Source: Mobula hypostoma (lineage: Eukaryota). Taken from it: a stretch of 64,000 nt of DNA. A program made the position numbers and the translations under genes. The notes under the pieces are model-generated. The model did not search any database. It was not told the origin of the DNA and worked only from the letters and a program-made list of their open reading frames with translations. Within the stretch, counting starts at the first letter, position 1. Each line of letters opens with the position of its first letter. The stretch covers positions 134,232,001 through 134,296,000 of the forward strand of contig NC_086097.1 in the NCBI RefSeq assembly GCF_963921235.1, read 5' to 3'. Below are positions 1 through 12,579 of this stretch, in pieces.

Positions 1-350
1 ACTAGTGCTGTTTTCTCTGGAGCAGCTGAGGTTGAGGGGAGACCACACAGAGGTTTATAAATTTATAAGAGGCATAGATAGGGTGAATGCACTCAGCTGC
101 TACCTTTTTTCACAGGGTTGAAGTGCCCAGTACGAGAGGGTGTGCATTTAAGCTGAGAGGAGGAAAGTTCAAAGGAGATGAACAGAGAAGGTTGTTTTTA
201 GATGGAGAGTGGCAGGTGCCCAGAACATATTTGCAAGGGTAGTGTTGGGACAAGTACAATAGAAGTACTTAAGAGGCTCTGAGAAAGGTACATGAATGTG
301 CAGAGAATGGAGTGATATGGACAATGTGCAGGCTGAAGGAATTAGGTTAA
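1..350 (+). mobile_element. Degenerate CR1 LINE 3' fragment
   Basis: Decayed match to the CR1 RT C-terminus (ttttctctggagcag..ggttgaggggagac..aggtttataa..aaagttcaaaggagatg..aagaggctct); runs off the window edge. Confidence 0.75.
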
Positions 351-364
351 GTCGGCACTATTAG

Positions 365-866
365 CCACTGTGTGGCTCAGTACAACTCCAACACCATATT
401 CAAGTTTTCTGATGACACCGCTATTGTGGGACATATCTGAGGTGGTGATGACCCAGCATACAAGAGGGTGATTGAAAATCTGGCTGAGTGGTGTCAGAGC
501 AACAACCTCTCATTCAATGTCAGCAAGACCAAGGAACTGATTGTAGACTTCACGAGAGGGAAAGCAGAGGTCCATGAGCCAGTCCTCACTGGACGATCAG
601 AGTTGGAGAGGGTTAGCAACTTCAAATTCCTGGGTGTTACTATTTCAGAGGATCTGTCCTGGATTGGCACGTGAGTGTAATTGCGAAGAAAGCGTGGCAG
701 CACCTCTACTTCCTTAGGAGTTTGCGGAGATTCAGTATCACATCAAAAACTTTGACAAACTTCTGTAGATGTGTAGTGAAGAGTGAATTGACTGGCTGCA
801 CTGCGGCTGGATTGGAAAGGTACAGGATACAGCCCAGTACATCACAGGCAAAGCCCTCCCAACCAT
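365..866 (+). mobile_element. Rex/Babar-type LINE RT fragment, left part (interrupted by CR1)
   Basis: Encodes FKFSDDT..., IENLAEWCQSNNLSFNVSKTKELIVDF and KKAWQHLYFLRSLRRF, typical of Rex/Babar RT C-terminal region; breaks at ...aagccctcccaaccat. Confidence 0.8.
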
Positions 867-3646
867 AGAACATAGAACATAGAATAGTACAGCACAGTAC
901 AGGCCCTTCGGCCCACAATGTTGTGCCGACCCTCAAACCCTGCATCCCAAATAAGCCCCCACCTTAAATTCCTCCATATACCTGTCTAGTAGTCTCTTAA
1001 ACTTCACTAGTGTATCTGCCTCCACCACTGACTCAGGCAGTGCATTCCATGCACCAACCACTCTCTGAGTAAAAAACCTTCCTCTAATATCCCCCTTGAA
1101 CTTCCCACCCCTTACCTTAAAGCCATGTCCTCTTGTATTGAACAGTGGTGCCCTGGGGAAGAGACGCTGGCTGTCCACTCTATCTACTCCTCTTATTATC
1201 TTGTACATCTCTATCATGTCTCCTCTCATCCTCCTTCTCTCCAAAGAGTAAAGCCCTAGCTCCCTTAATCTCTGATCATAATGCATACTTTCTAAACCAG
1301 GCAGCATCCTGGTAAATCTCCTCTGTACCCTTTCCAATGCTTCCACATCCTTCCTATAGTGAGGTGACCAGAACTGGACACCATACTCCAGGTGTGGTCT
1401 AACCTGAGTTTTATAGAGCTGCATCATTACCTCGTGACTCTTAAACTCTATCCCTCGACTTATGAAAGCTAACACCCCATAAGCTTTCTTAACTACCCTA
1501 TCGACCTGTGAGGCAACTTTCAGGGATCTGTGAACATGTACCCCGAGATCCCTCTGCTCCTCCACACTACCAAGTATCCTGCCATTTACTTTGTACTCTG
1601 CCTTGGAGTTTGTCCTTCCAAAGTGTACCACCTCACACTTCTCCGGGTTGAACTCCATCAGCCCACTTCTGCATCTTATCAATGTCTCTCTGCAATCTTT
1701 GACAATCCTCTACACTATCTACAACACCACCAACCTTGGTGTCGTCTGCAAACTTGCCAACCCACCCTTCTACCCCTACATCCAGGTCGTTAATAAAAAT
1801 CACGAAAAGTAGACGTCCCAGAACAGATCCTTGTGGGACACCACTAGTCACAATCCTCCAATCTGAGTGTACTCCCTCCACCACCACCCTCTGCCTTCTG
1901 CAGGCAAGCCAATTCTGAATCCATCTGGCCAAACTTCCCTGGATCCCATGCCTTCTAACTTTCTGAATAAGCCTACTGTGTGGAACCTTGTCGAATGCCT
2001 TACTAAAATCCATATAGATCACATCCACTGCACTACCCTCATCTATACGCCTGGTCACCTCCTCAAAGAACTCAATCAGGCTTGTTAGACATGATCTGCC
2101 CTTCACAAAGCCATGCTGACTGTCCCTGATCAGACCATGATTCTCTAAATGCCTATAGATCCTATCTCTAAGAATCTTTTGCAACAGCTTTCCCACCACA
2201 GACGTAAGGCTCACTGGTCTATAATTACCCGGACTATCCCTACTACCTTTTTTGAACAAGGGGACAACATTCGCCTCCCTCTAATCCTCCGGTACAATTC
2301 CCGTGAACAATGAGGACATAAAGATCCTAGCCAGAGGCTCAGCAATCTCTTCTCTCGCCTTGTGGAGCAGCCTGGGGAATACTCCATCAGGCCCCGGGGA
2401 CTTATCTGTCCTAATGTATTTTAACAACTCCAACACCTCCTCTCCCTTAATATCAACATGCTCCAGAACATCAACCTCACTCATATTGTCCTCACCATTA
2501 TCAAGTTCCCTCTCATTGGTGAATACCGAAGAGAAGTATTCATTGAGGACCTCGCTCACTTCCACAGCCCCCAGGCACATCTTCCCCACTTTATCTCTAA
2601 TCGATCCTACCTTCACTCCTGTCATCCTTTTTTTCTTCACATAATTGAAGAATGCCTTGGGGTTTTCCTTTACCCTACTCGCCAAGGCCTTCTCATGCCC
2701 CCTTCTTGCTCTTCTCAGCCCCTTCTTAAGCTCCTTTCTTGCTTCCCTATATTCCTCAATAGACCCATCTGATCCTTGCTTCCTAAACCTCATGTATGCT
2801 GCCTTCTTCCACCTGACTAGATTTTCCACCTCACTTGTCACCCATGGTTCCTTCACCCTACCATTCTTTATCTTCCTCACTGGGTCAAATTTATCCCTAA
2901 CATCCCGCAAGAGATCTCTAAACATCGACCACATGTCCATAGTACATTTCCCTGCAAAAACATCATCTCAATTCACTCCAGCAAGTTCTAACCTTATAGC
3001 CTCATAATTTGCCTTTCCCCAATTAAAAATTTTCCTGTCCTCTCTGATTCTATCCTTTTCCATGATAATGCTAAAGGCCAGGGAGCAGTGGTCACTTTCC
3101 CCCAGATGCTCACCCACTGAGAGATCTGGGACCTGACCCAGTTCATTACCTAGTACTAGATCTAGTATGGCATTCCCCCTGATTGGCCTGTCCACATACT
3201 GTGACAGGAATCCGCCCTGGACACACCTAACAAACTCTGCCCCATCTAAACCCTTGGAACTAATCAGGTACTAATCAATATTAGGGAAGTTAAAGTCACC
3301 CATGATAACAACCCTGTTATTTTTGCACCTTTCCAAAATCTGCCTCCCAATCTGCTCCTCTGTATCTCTGCTGCTACCAGGGGGCCTATAGAATACCCCC
3401 AATAGAGTAACTGCTCCCTTCCTGTTCCTGACTTCCACCCATATTGACTCAAAAGATGATCCTGCTACATTACCCACCCTTTCTGTAGCTGTAATAGTAT
3501 CCCTGACCAGTAATGCCACCCCTCCTCCCCTTTTTCCCCCTCTCTAACCCTTTTAAAGCACTGAAATCCAGGAATATTGAGAATCCATTCCTGCCCTGGT
3601 GCCAGCCAAGTCTCTGTAATGGCCACTACATTATATTTCCATGTAT
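864..3646 (-). mobile_element. 5'-truncated CR1 LINE (~2.8 kb), pseudogenised ORF2 (APE endonuclease + RT)
   Basis: Collinear minus-strand ORFs: VVAITETWL, GVFYRPP, MGDFNFPNID, ILDLVL..SDH (APE endonuclease); [57 protein letters not shown] (RT). (CATAGAA)3 tail at 864-884. In-frame stops at 2281, 2968, 3271 and frameshifts near 1660 and 3540. Confidence 0.97.
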
Positions 3647-4112
3647 GCACATCTACATAATACACTGTCGTAGGAAAGCAGCATCCATCATCAGAGATCT
3701 TCACTACCCAGGCCTTGCTCTTTTCTCACTGTTGCCATCAGGTAGAAGCTACAAGAGCCTCAGGGCTCACACCACCAAGTTCAAGCACAGTTACTACACC
3801 TCAACCGTCAGGCTCTTGAACGAAAGGGGATAACTACACTTACTTTCCCATCCATTGAGATGCTCCGACAACCAATGATCTCACTTTAAAGACTCTTAAT
3901 CCTGTTATTTCAAGTTCTCAGTATTTATTGCTATTTATATACACTTACATTTGCACGGTTTGTTGTGATCTGCACTCTGGTTGATCTTTCACTGATCCTG
4001 TTCTAGTTACTGTTCTATAGATTTGCTGGGGATGCCCTAGGAAAATAAATCTCAGGATTGTATATGGTGGCATATACATATGTACACCAATAGTAACATT
4101 TACTTTGAACTT
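3647..4112 (+). mobile_element. Rex/Babar-type LINE, right part and 3' UTR
   Basis: Resumes gcacatctac..CRRKAASII..HYPG..LFSLLPSGR; ends in the family tail aatctcagg..ttactttgaacttt. Confidence 0.85.
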
Positions 4113-4184
4113 TAGTTTAATTCGGTGCAGCAACATGGATGAAGGGCCTGCTCCTGTGCTACACTATTCTATGACGGAGCATCT

Positions 4185-4260
4185 CAATGGGCTAGAGCAG
4201 CATCGATGGAGGGAAATGGTCAGCTGACATTTCAGGCTGAAACACTTCATCTGGACTTCA
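4185..4260 (-). mobile_element. Degenerate PLE 3'-end fragment
   Basis: Reverse complement agtccagatgaagtgtttcagcctgaaatgtcagctg..atgctgct resembles the PLE tail at 42441-42510. Confidence 0.55.
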
Positions 4261-5479
4261 TTTTAAAAGGGCGGTTTGTCATCACTTGTATTTTGCATGC
4301 TGCTCAACACTTCTGCCTGTTAGCAGCACAATAACAAACATGGCAACCTGTAGGCTCCTTTAGGGAGGGACAGCTGAGAATTATTACATGTCAGTGTTTC
4401 CAGAGAAGGTGATGAATGACATATTCCCTGCAATTTGTTCCCAGTCCCCACTCTATTGTCCTGTGGAATCTCTGAATGTGAAGAGGACTTTAATTGTTTG
4501 AACAGATTCAAGAAGCTGAGCTTATTCTCAGAACAGAGAAGGACCTGATGGAGGTGTGTAAAACTAGGTAGGGCATACAGGGAAACCGCACCCATTCACA
4601 GAAAAGTCAAGGACCAGAGGACAAAGAATCACAAGTAACATGAGGAAAAAATTCTTGTGCAGAAAGTAATCACGGGTTAGAATGTATTACTTGGAGCAGT
4701 GGTGGCGGTAGAGTTAAATGTAATACTCAAAGGGAGTTGGATAACTATCTGAAGGAAAATAAGAGAGCTGTGAAGAGTGAGTGTGAATGGCTGGATTGCT
4801 CTTGCAGAGAGCTGGCAGGAGCTTGATGTGCCAAAGGACTGCCTACTTAGCTGTAATCATTCAGTGAAAAGTGAGAAAAAAATTTCTGGGATGCAAAGAA
4901 ACCTTTCTGATGGTTACTGCAACATTGGTGTTTATGGACAGAGAGCTGGAATTCAAAGGAGAGCTTGCTCCAAGCTCTTTAGTTACCTACCCCAATGTGT
5001 GTTTATGCATCATCTGTATTTGGTTCAATCTCCATGACTCAATTCTACCTCCTTGGCAAGGAAACCGATGAGAATTACAAAGAATGAGGCAAGGATCAGA
5101 AGAAAACTCATGCCACCTTCAGGCAGACAGAGGTGAATTAAGATGTGAGGGGTACAGTAGAATTAATGTTGGAGGTACAATAGAAGTAATGCTGGCATAA
5201 TCATGATGGGCCGAATGGTCCTGCTCTGTGTTATACCATTGTGTGAAACTTAATCTTAGATCGGAGAAAAAATAACTGATTAACATTCCTATAGTACAAC
5301 AGTGATTAATTTTCCAAAATTATTTCATTGGCTGTGAAACACTTTGCATCAGATTCTGTGTAAGTTGCTCTATAGTGGTGTAAGCTAGGGGGAGAACTTG
5401 CTGTGAGTATCAGCTTCCAGTTCTACCCTTCTCCACACAACTAGCCTTTATCAATGAAACCCAATGAGCCAGCATTGTC

Positions 5480-6090
5480 ACAGAGTCATAGCGTGGTACA
5501 ACACAGGCAAAGGCCCTTCAGCCTATCACGTTTATCGTGTTCATCGTACCTTTCTAGTCCCATTAGAACATAGCATTTTATGCCTAACAATAGATGTGTT
5601 TGCCTAGATGCCTCTTAAATATGGGAATCTCTGCCTCCACCATTTCTTTAGACATTTCAGACTCCAACCACTACTTGTATGAAAAAAAAGACTGTGTCAG
5701 ATCCCCTGGAAACTTTGTATCTCTTATCTTAAACCCCTTGTCTTACACAACCCAACCGTGGTGAAAAATACTGTTATCCATTCAGCCCCCCGCCTCCGCC
5801 ACTCCTGGGAAAACAAGCTCAGCCTATCTACTTTCTACTCATAAATGTAATCCTTCAATCCAGGCAACATCCTCCAGCCATCTACAGTGCAGCCTCATCC
5901 TTCCGACAGTGGGGTAACTAGAACAGCACCAAGTACTACAGCTGTGGCCCAAACAGTGCTTTATGATGCTGCACCATAAACGATGATGCCATGGCTGACA
6001 AAGACAAGCACCCATGTACCTTCTCCACTATGTTACCCGCCCATGCTGCCACTTTTAGAGACCTACAAACTTCACCCAAAGTCCCTCTAT
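5480..6090 (-). mobile_element. Degenerate CR1 3' fragment
   Basis: aggcccttcagcc.., aatccaggcaacatcct, ctgccacttttagagacct match the minus-strand CR1 at 864-1530. Confidence 0.7.
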
Positions 6091-6174
6091 CCTTGAGCAC
6101 ACCTAATTCATCAACAATCCCTTGGGTCCTAGGAGTATTGGTAGCAAAATCGATAAACACACTTAGCTCATCTA

Positions 6175-6502
6175 TACCTCTGACAGAAGGTACAGAAGCT
6201 TGAAGTCCCACAACACCAGGTTCAAGAACAGCCACCTCCCTTCAACCATTCGGTTCTAAAACCAACCAGCAAAACCCTAACCACTACAGTTTAACAAAAC
6301 TATAACCACCTTGATCACTTTGCACGAACATTGACTTTGATTTCTTTGTGCTGATTGTATCCTTTCATGTAAAAATTGTATACAATTTATGTTTATGTTT
6401 TTCTTGTGAATGCTGCGACATTATGATGCTGCTACATTGCACCTGTACACACGCATACTTGTACATAACGGCAATAAACTCAACTTTGACTTTGACTTTG
6501 AA
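6175..6502 (+). mobile_element. Rex/Babar-type LINE 3' end
   Basis: caccaggttcaagaacagc; ends gcaataaactcaactttgactttgactttga. Confidence 0.7.
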
Positions 6503-7134
6503 GCAAAGTTCAGAGTATTTGCAAAAACGTACCTTTACTTCTCCAGCACACATTTTGAAACAGTCAAATTAAAGTGACCAGCTTTTTTAAGCTGTAGTCA
6601 GACTGTCCTGACATTTTATGAACAGGAGTGTCTGGGAAAAGGACATTAGGCTGCTTGCATTTCCGAATGGCTGTTGAATTGTCAGCAAGCTTTTCTGCTG
6701 GATTACAAAGACTGCATTCATTAAACAAAATTAAAACATCAACTCTGCTGAAATTGGTCGATTATCTCAAAGACACCCACTAATTTTGGCAAAATATATA
6801 TAATGTATAAAATGACTTTAACTAAAAATAAAACAATGTTAACTTTCCAGAAGGACAATGGCATTAAATGTTTTCAGGGAAAAAAGTAATTACAATTCAG
6901 GAACATTGCATATGTGAAGAAAACAGCCTGTACATTAATGTATGCAATCAAGGTAGTAAGATGGCTGTGGACAATCAAAGCGATCTTGCTTCTTCATGAT
7001 CTAAATACTCAGTTTATATGTGAAACGTACTGTGTGATGTGGTAATGATCTTTTGCACTCCAACATTAGCTAGCAATATTTATTAGAATTCTAATGTTAC
7101 TATAATTACATTATGTGTGAAAAGGAAGGATCTG

Positions 7135-7220
7135 TGCGTGAGAGAGAGAATGTAAGCGAATGAGAGAGAGAGAGAGATACAGAGACAAGAAAGATAGAAA
7201 AAGGAAGAGATAAACAGAGA
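7135..7220. repeat. (GA)n-rich microsatellite
   Basis: Directly visible gagagaga runs. Confidence 0.85.
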
Positions 7221-8535
7221 TGCAAAGGCCAACATCTACTTTTCCCCTAATGACCGGCACATTTAAACTTGAATAGGCTCCTTAAATGTTAAATTTGAAA
7301 ACAACTTTTTCATTATCCATGTAAAATTTTAAGTCATATGGGGAATGTTGATTTTAATGGAAAAATTGCTTTGTGCCGACATTTGCAGAATAAAAATCCA
7401 TGGAGTAAGGCTTCATTTTGGCACCTGCACAAGAACAGTCTTGATGAAGCAAAGGTTGTCTTCATTAAGAGCATTAATATTCATGCAGCATGGTAATTTT
7501 GACACAGTAAAGGTCTCAGTAACCTTTTCTTGTGTTAGAATTTTTTTACTTCTCAAGGAAATTACAGTCCAGCAATGACTTAATTATTGCTAGGTTTCTT
7601 CAGAAGGGTTTTGAAGACCTGTCAGTTTTGGTCTTGCTCAAGCTGTCAAACAGAGGGAAGATTCAGTCTGGGCAGGTTGAAGGAGGGGAGATGAGATGCT
7701 CGTCAAAAAAAAGTCCTCAGGCTACAGAATACTTGACACCTCCCACAAATTCTTTATTTGGTAACCAGCAGTTCTATTAGAGAGCATCATTTAAACCCCT
7801 TTTTGTCATTAATGAATCACTCAGAAGCATATCTGGTGGAAGGCTGGAGCCTGTGAGCTCCCTTTGTAGGGAAAGGCAAAGTGAACAGCAGCAAGTTATA
7901 TTCTTCGGAGATGGTAGGAACAAAGGAGGAAGCATTATGAATCCAACTGGCGTAAATTAAGTAGCTGCGATTTTATATGCTTGGAGAAAGAGCTGTGCTA
8001 CGAGCAACGGGAGATTCCTAGTCAGTGCAAAACATGTGGCAATGTGGTACAGAATCCCTGGCCATTACTTAGTAAACTATCACAGCTGTATTGACCAACC
8101 TGGAAGTGGGTACACATGCAGTTTCTGTAATTAATGGCATCATAGAACTCAACATTGCAGGTAGCCAAACCATAAGTGACCTTTAACTAATCAACGACGT
8201 CAGACACATTTCAATTTTCCTTCAAAAGACAGAGGTGAACCACAATAATATGCTGCTACAATGAATTAATGAAGGAACATTAATGCGCTGGAGGGTGGGA
8301 GGTAGAATATACGAACGCCCATATAACGTACACATACAGGTACTCACATTTCTTTCCTTTTGTATCAACGTTTCATGTATATACATAATGATTCAGATAA
8401 GAGAAATAATGCGTATGTGTTATATGATATATCGTACAAATGGTATACACAGGAACAGGCTAGAATTAATGCAGGGATTGCTGGACAAGAGTTGAAATCG
8501 AACCATTGTTAGCTGTTGCTAAATAAAGCAGCGTA

Positions 8536-8795
8536 AAAAAGCTAGTCATGATAATTATGACTACAGAACTATTAGATTATCATAAAACCCCACCTATTTA
8601 ACTTCTGTTCTTCAAGGAAGGGGATCTGCCACACACTGGCCCCCCCAGCTGTCCCAGACCCACAATCACATGGCTGACTGCGAAATTCCCTCTGAAGTGA
8701 TCCAGCAAGCTACCCTGTTAAGGGGCAATTAGAGAATGGGAATTAAATACTGGTCTGACCAGTAATAATCATGATCTGTGAGCAAATTACAAAAC
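8536..8795 (+). mobile_element. Old SINE-like repeat (related copies ~14690-14930, ~18440-18640; same tail ~36850-36930 and ~53560-53650)
   Basis: Shared blocks aaaagctag..catga..aaaacc..ggaagg..atctgcc..ccagacccac..ccctctgaa..agcaag and tail gggcaattag..aaat(a/g)ctgg recur in the window. Confidence 0.6.
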
Positions 8796-10289
8796 TATAA
8801 TTTATACATTTTATGCATATTTGGTATGAAAATATTTTATGTATACAAACATATTTAATTCACATATCATGTTGCTATATATTAATCAGGTACTGTATAT
8901 ACTGTACAGTTTACATTATGTTTACTATACTTCATATAGAAATAGCTTAGGTAGATTTATATATTTAATAATATATGATTTGTACACATAATATCAGAGA
9001 ACACACACATATATAGAGTTAGCAAGAAACATGTACAAGAGTTGACCAAACAAAAAGGATGTATCGTGCAGGATGCCATCTGTGAACTTCCTGACATTAA
9101 AAAATGTGAAGCAATAGCACCAATTCCTTTATCGTGTTTCTCAAAAATAGCAATTTGAGAAATAGCTTGTAACACAATATGGAAGGTGGTGTATTTTGCT
9201 GATAATGTATGGATGACAGATAGTTTTACAGTGAGAGGTTCAGCTCTGCCCTGCCAACAGTGTAATAAATTGCGAGCAGAGAGTGTAGCATGAAATTCTC
9301 TTCCCCCTCTTAGCCAAGCAGCTATGGCGTAGTAATTACACTGTGTGAAAATATGGGATTAATTAGAGTGGTACACTAACATGCTACAACCTCATTAAAA
9401 GCAGAGCACAATTGCTATATAAACTGCCACTCCAAGCATGACTGCTAATGTGAAAAGACAAAGTTTTATTCCTTCATACTCCTCTTACTGATTATCTACC
9501 TTAAGGTCACTTATGATAGGCACTCTGCTGCATAGACTCCTCCTCTTCATTTTATTTCACAAGGTTGTAAAAGCACCTTCCTTTCCTGGAACTTGTGCCT
9601 GTGTCCTGTTAGGTTAATCAGCAACAGAACGCCAGCCAGCCAGGCTGTTTGCTTTTTATCATACTGACTGAAGGTGTTGAGACGCCCTACTACACACCGC
9701 ATGAGATGAAATCTCTGGCATTGTAGTGCTTGCTGCATTTCCACTGCAGGGGAGGTGTTGGGAATCACCCAGAAATCTACCAGCCTTGCCTGCGTCTGCG
9801 GGCTGCAATCTCAGTGGGTCACTATTGGCACCTTATGAAATCTGCAGTCCAACACCATCGCATTGTTCTTCTGTCGAAACAGGAACAATAATGTCCTACA
9901 AATCCTCCACTGACAGGCTATTCCCCCTATCATTTTTCCTGGTCTGTGTTGCACGGTTTCTGTTCTTCACACCGGCCCCGTGTGTTATTATCAAGGCTGA
10001 GGAGTGGCCATAAATCATGACTATTTCCCTCATCGCCATGTGGGTCACTCTCTCTTCAGTGGGAAGCTGTGCCTGCTCTGCGTACTAACACCCAGCAATG
10101 CGCTCCAAGTACCTCTGGGAAGAGTTTCATGGCAAAATGAGAGAGAATAAAATAAACAAACGTGCAGCTGCAAAAATCAAAATCAGAGAGGACTTCTCCA
10201 CTTCTGTTTCCATTTAGGGGACACAAGAGACTGCAAGTGTTGGAATCTGGAGCAACACACAAAAAGCCGGAGGAACACCAGCCATGATT

Positions 10290-10583
10290 ATAGCTCAGCA
10301 GTTAGCACAAAGCGATTACAGGTCAGAATGTTGGGGTTAGGACTTCAATTCCGTTACCGTCTGGAAGGAGTTTGCACTTGCTCCCCATAAACATGTGGGT
10401 TCTGTCTGGGTGCACCGGTTCCCTCCCACATTCCAAAGGCATTATTGGTTGGTAGGTCAATTGGTCATTGCAAAGTGTCCTGTGGTTAGGCGAGGGTTAA
10501 ATAGGTGGGCTGCTGGGTGGTGAGGCTTGTTGGGCCAGTTGGGCCTTTTCGACACTGTATCTCTAAATAAAAATAAGTAAATA
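10290..10583 (+). mobile_element. V-SINE (HE1-like)
   Basis: tRNA-like head (ttcaattcc) and V-domain ggagtttgcac..tgggt..ccggttccctcccacattccaaag..ggtaggtcaattggtcattg; A-rich tail. Confidence 0.8.
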
Positions 10584-10621
10584 AGCTCAGCAGGTGAGTT
10601 AGGGAAATGGATGAACACCTT

Positions 10622-11410
10622 GAATCAGAATCAGAATCAGAATCAGGTTTATTATTACCAACATGTGACGTGAAATTTGTTAACTTAGCAGCAGCAGTTC
10701 AACGCAATACATAATCTAGCAGAGAGAAAAATAATAATAAATAAAATTAAACATAATAATAAATAAACAAGTAAATCAATTATGTATATTGAATAGATTT
10801 TTAAAAATGTGCAAAAACAGAAATACTACATATTAAAAAAAAGTGAGGTAGTGTCCAAAGCTTCAATGTTCATTTAGGAATCGGATGGCAGAGGGGAAGA
10901 AGCTGTTCCTGAATCACTGAGTGTGTGCCTTCAGGTTTCTGTATCTCCTACTTGATGGTAACAGTGAGAAAAGGGTATACCCTGGGTGCTGGTGGTCCTT
11001 AATAAAGGACACGGTCTTTCTGAGACACCACTCCTTGAAGATGTTCTGGGTACTTTGTAGGCTGGTACCCAAGACGGAGCCGACTAAATTTACAACCCCT
11101 CTACAGCTTCTTTTGGTCCTGTGCGGTAGCGCCTCCATACCAGACAGTGATGCAGCCTGTCAGAATGCTCTCCACAGTACAACTATAGAAGTTTTTGAGT
11201 GTATTTGTTGACATGTCAAATCTCTTCAAACTCCTAATAAAGTATAGCCACTACATTGATATGTTGGGACCAGGTTAGATCCTCAGAGATCTTGACACCA
11301 AGGAACTTGAAGCTGCTCACTCTCTCCACTTCTGATCCCTCTATGAGGATTGGTATGTGTTCCTTCGTCTTCCTGAAGTCCACAGTCAGCTCTTCCGCCT
11401 TACTGACGTT
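10622..11410 (-). mobile_element. Rex/Babar-type LINE 3' fragment
   Basis: (GAATCA)n tail at 10622-10645; minus ORFs LNVSKAEELTVDFRK, SFKFLGVKISEDLTWS, HPGYTLFSLLPSSRRYR. Confidence 0.85.
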
Positions 11411-11700
11411 GAGTTGAGATCCTTCTTCCGGACTGAAAGATAGAGGGGAGGTAGCCAGTATAAGGAGGTGAGTGGAAGGGTTGGCACGTGATAGGTGGAC
11501 CCAGGTTAGGAGGGGTGACAGACAGATGAAGCAGGGAAGAGTGGAAATAGACACAGAGGCTGAGGTGAGAGGTGGAGTTGACAATGGTCTACAGATAATG
11601 GCATCTGATAGGAAAGGAAGGCAAAGCAGAGAATCAAGGGAGAGAGGTGGAGAAGACAGATGGGAACAGTAGAGGAAGGGGACCAGTGGAAGGTGTGTGT
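11411..11700 (-). mobile_element. PLE 3' UTR fragment (continuation of pieces at 10218-10277 and 10584-10620)
   Basis: gagttgagatccttcttccggactgaaag followed by purine-rich tract, homologous to the reverse complement of 42200-42470. Confidence 0.6.
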
Positions 11701-11814
11701 GGATGCCTACAACTTCATGGGAAATATTGGATAATCCAGGAAATCCTTAAAGGTCAGATACCTCTCCTAACGCTCCGCATGCCGAAAATCCATGGCTCCC
11801 AAGCTCAAGGAAGA

Positions 11815-12090
11815 ATTATACAGCCTCACAACACCAGCAACCTGGTTCAGTCCTGACCTTGAGTCCTGTCTGTGCGAAGCCTGCACACTTTCTGCATGAT
11901 TCTTTCGGTTTCCTCTAGGTGCTCTGGTTTCGCCTCCACGCCCCAAAGGTGTGCGGGTTGATGAGTTAACTGGCCCCTGTAATGTGCCCCTAATGTGTGG
12001 GTGAACATTAGAACCCAGGGGCAGTGTGAAGACTGTGGGGAGAGTACAAAAGGCGTATACAACAGTGAAGGATTAAAGTGTAAATGGTGC
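11815..12090 (+). mobile_element. V-SINE
   Basis: cctggttcagtcctgacc..gtctgtgcg..ggtttcctctaggtgctctggtttc..caaaggtgtgcgggtt..gttaactggcc. Confidence 0.75.
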
Positions 12091-12579
12091 TGTACCTTTT
12101 TACTGGTTTAGCATGTCCTTCTGAACCTAAGACGCCCGCACTCACCCCTGCTTGCCGTTAAGGTGTTTAGCCGTGTCTCTGAGATGGCTGTAAAAGATTG
12201 TGTTGCACTATTTCAATAAAATGCAGAGTTATCCCTTTGTCCTGGGTAACCAGAGATACGGAAGGAAAGTCATCATCACATCCTGCGAACGGGAGTTTGC
12301 TATGTGCAAGTCTGCCGCCGCAATTCCAACTTCACAAGAGGGACCAAAGGCTGGATGGAAGGTCCGGAGACTGAGAGGTGCTAAATAGAAACAAATGTTT
12401 ATCGTGCTGCTCGATAAAACAATTGTGAATAATAAAATGACAGAGATGCTAAGTGATATTTTATGTCTGTCTTCACAGAAACCAGCAAGCTGTAAATTGC
12501 AGAGATTAAGAGGTTAATAATAAGTGAGGAATACAAACCAATTAAGAAGAATGAAGAAAATGCTGCGAATAAAAAGTCT

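Noticed and set aside
2281..3273. All three CR1 in-frame stops (2281, 2968, 3271) are TGG>TAG/TGA, suggesting APOBEC-type G>A editing
   Set aside because: Trp codons are one transition away from a stop, and other apparent G>A changes I checked (CAC GGT>AGT, CAC GAG>AAG) are at CpG. Not supportable without a consensus-based mutation spectrum.
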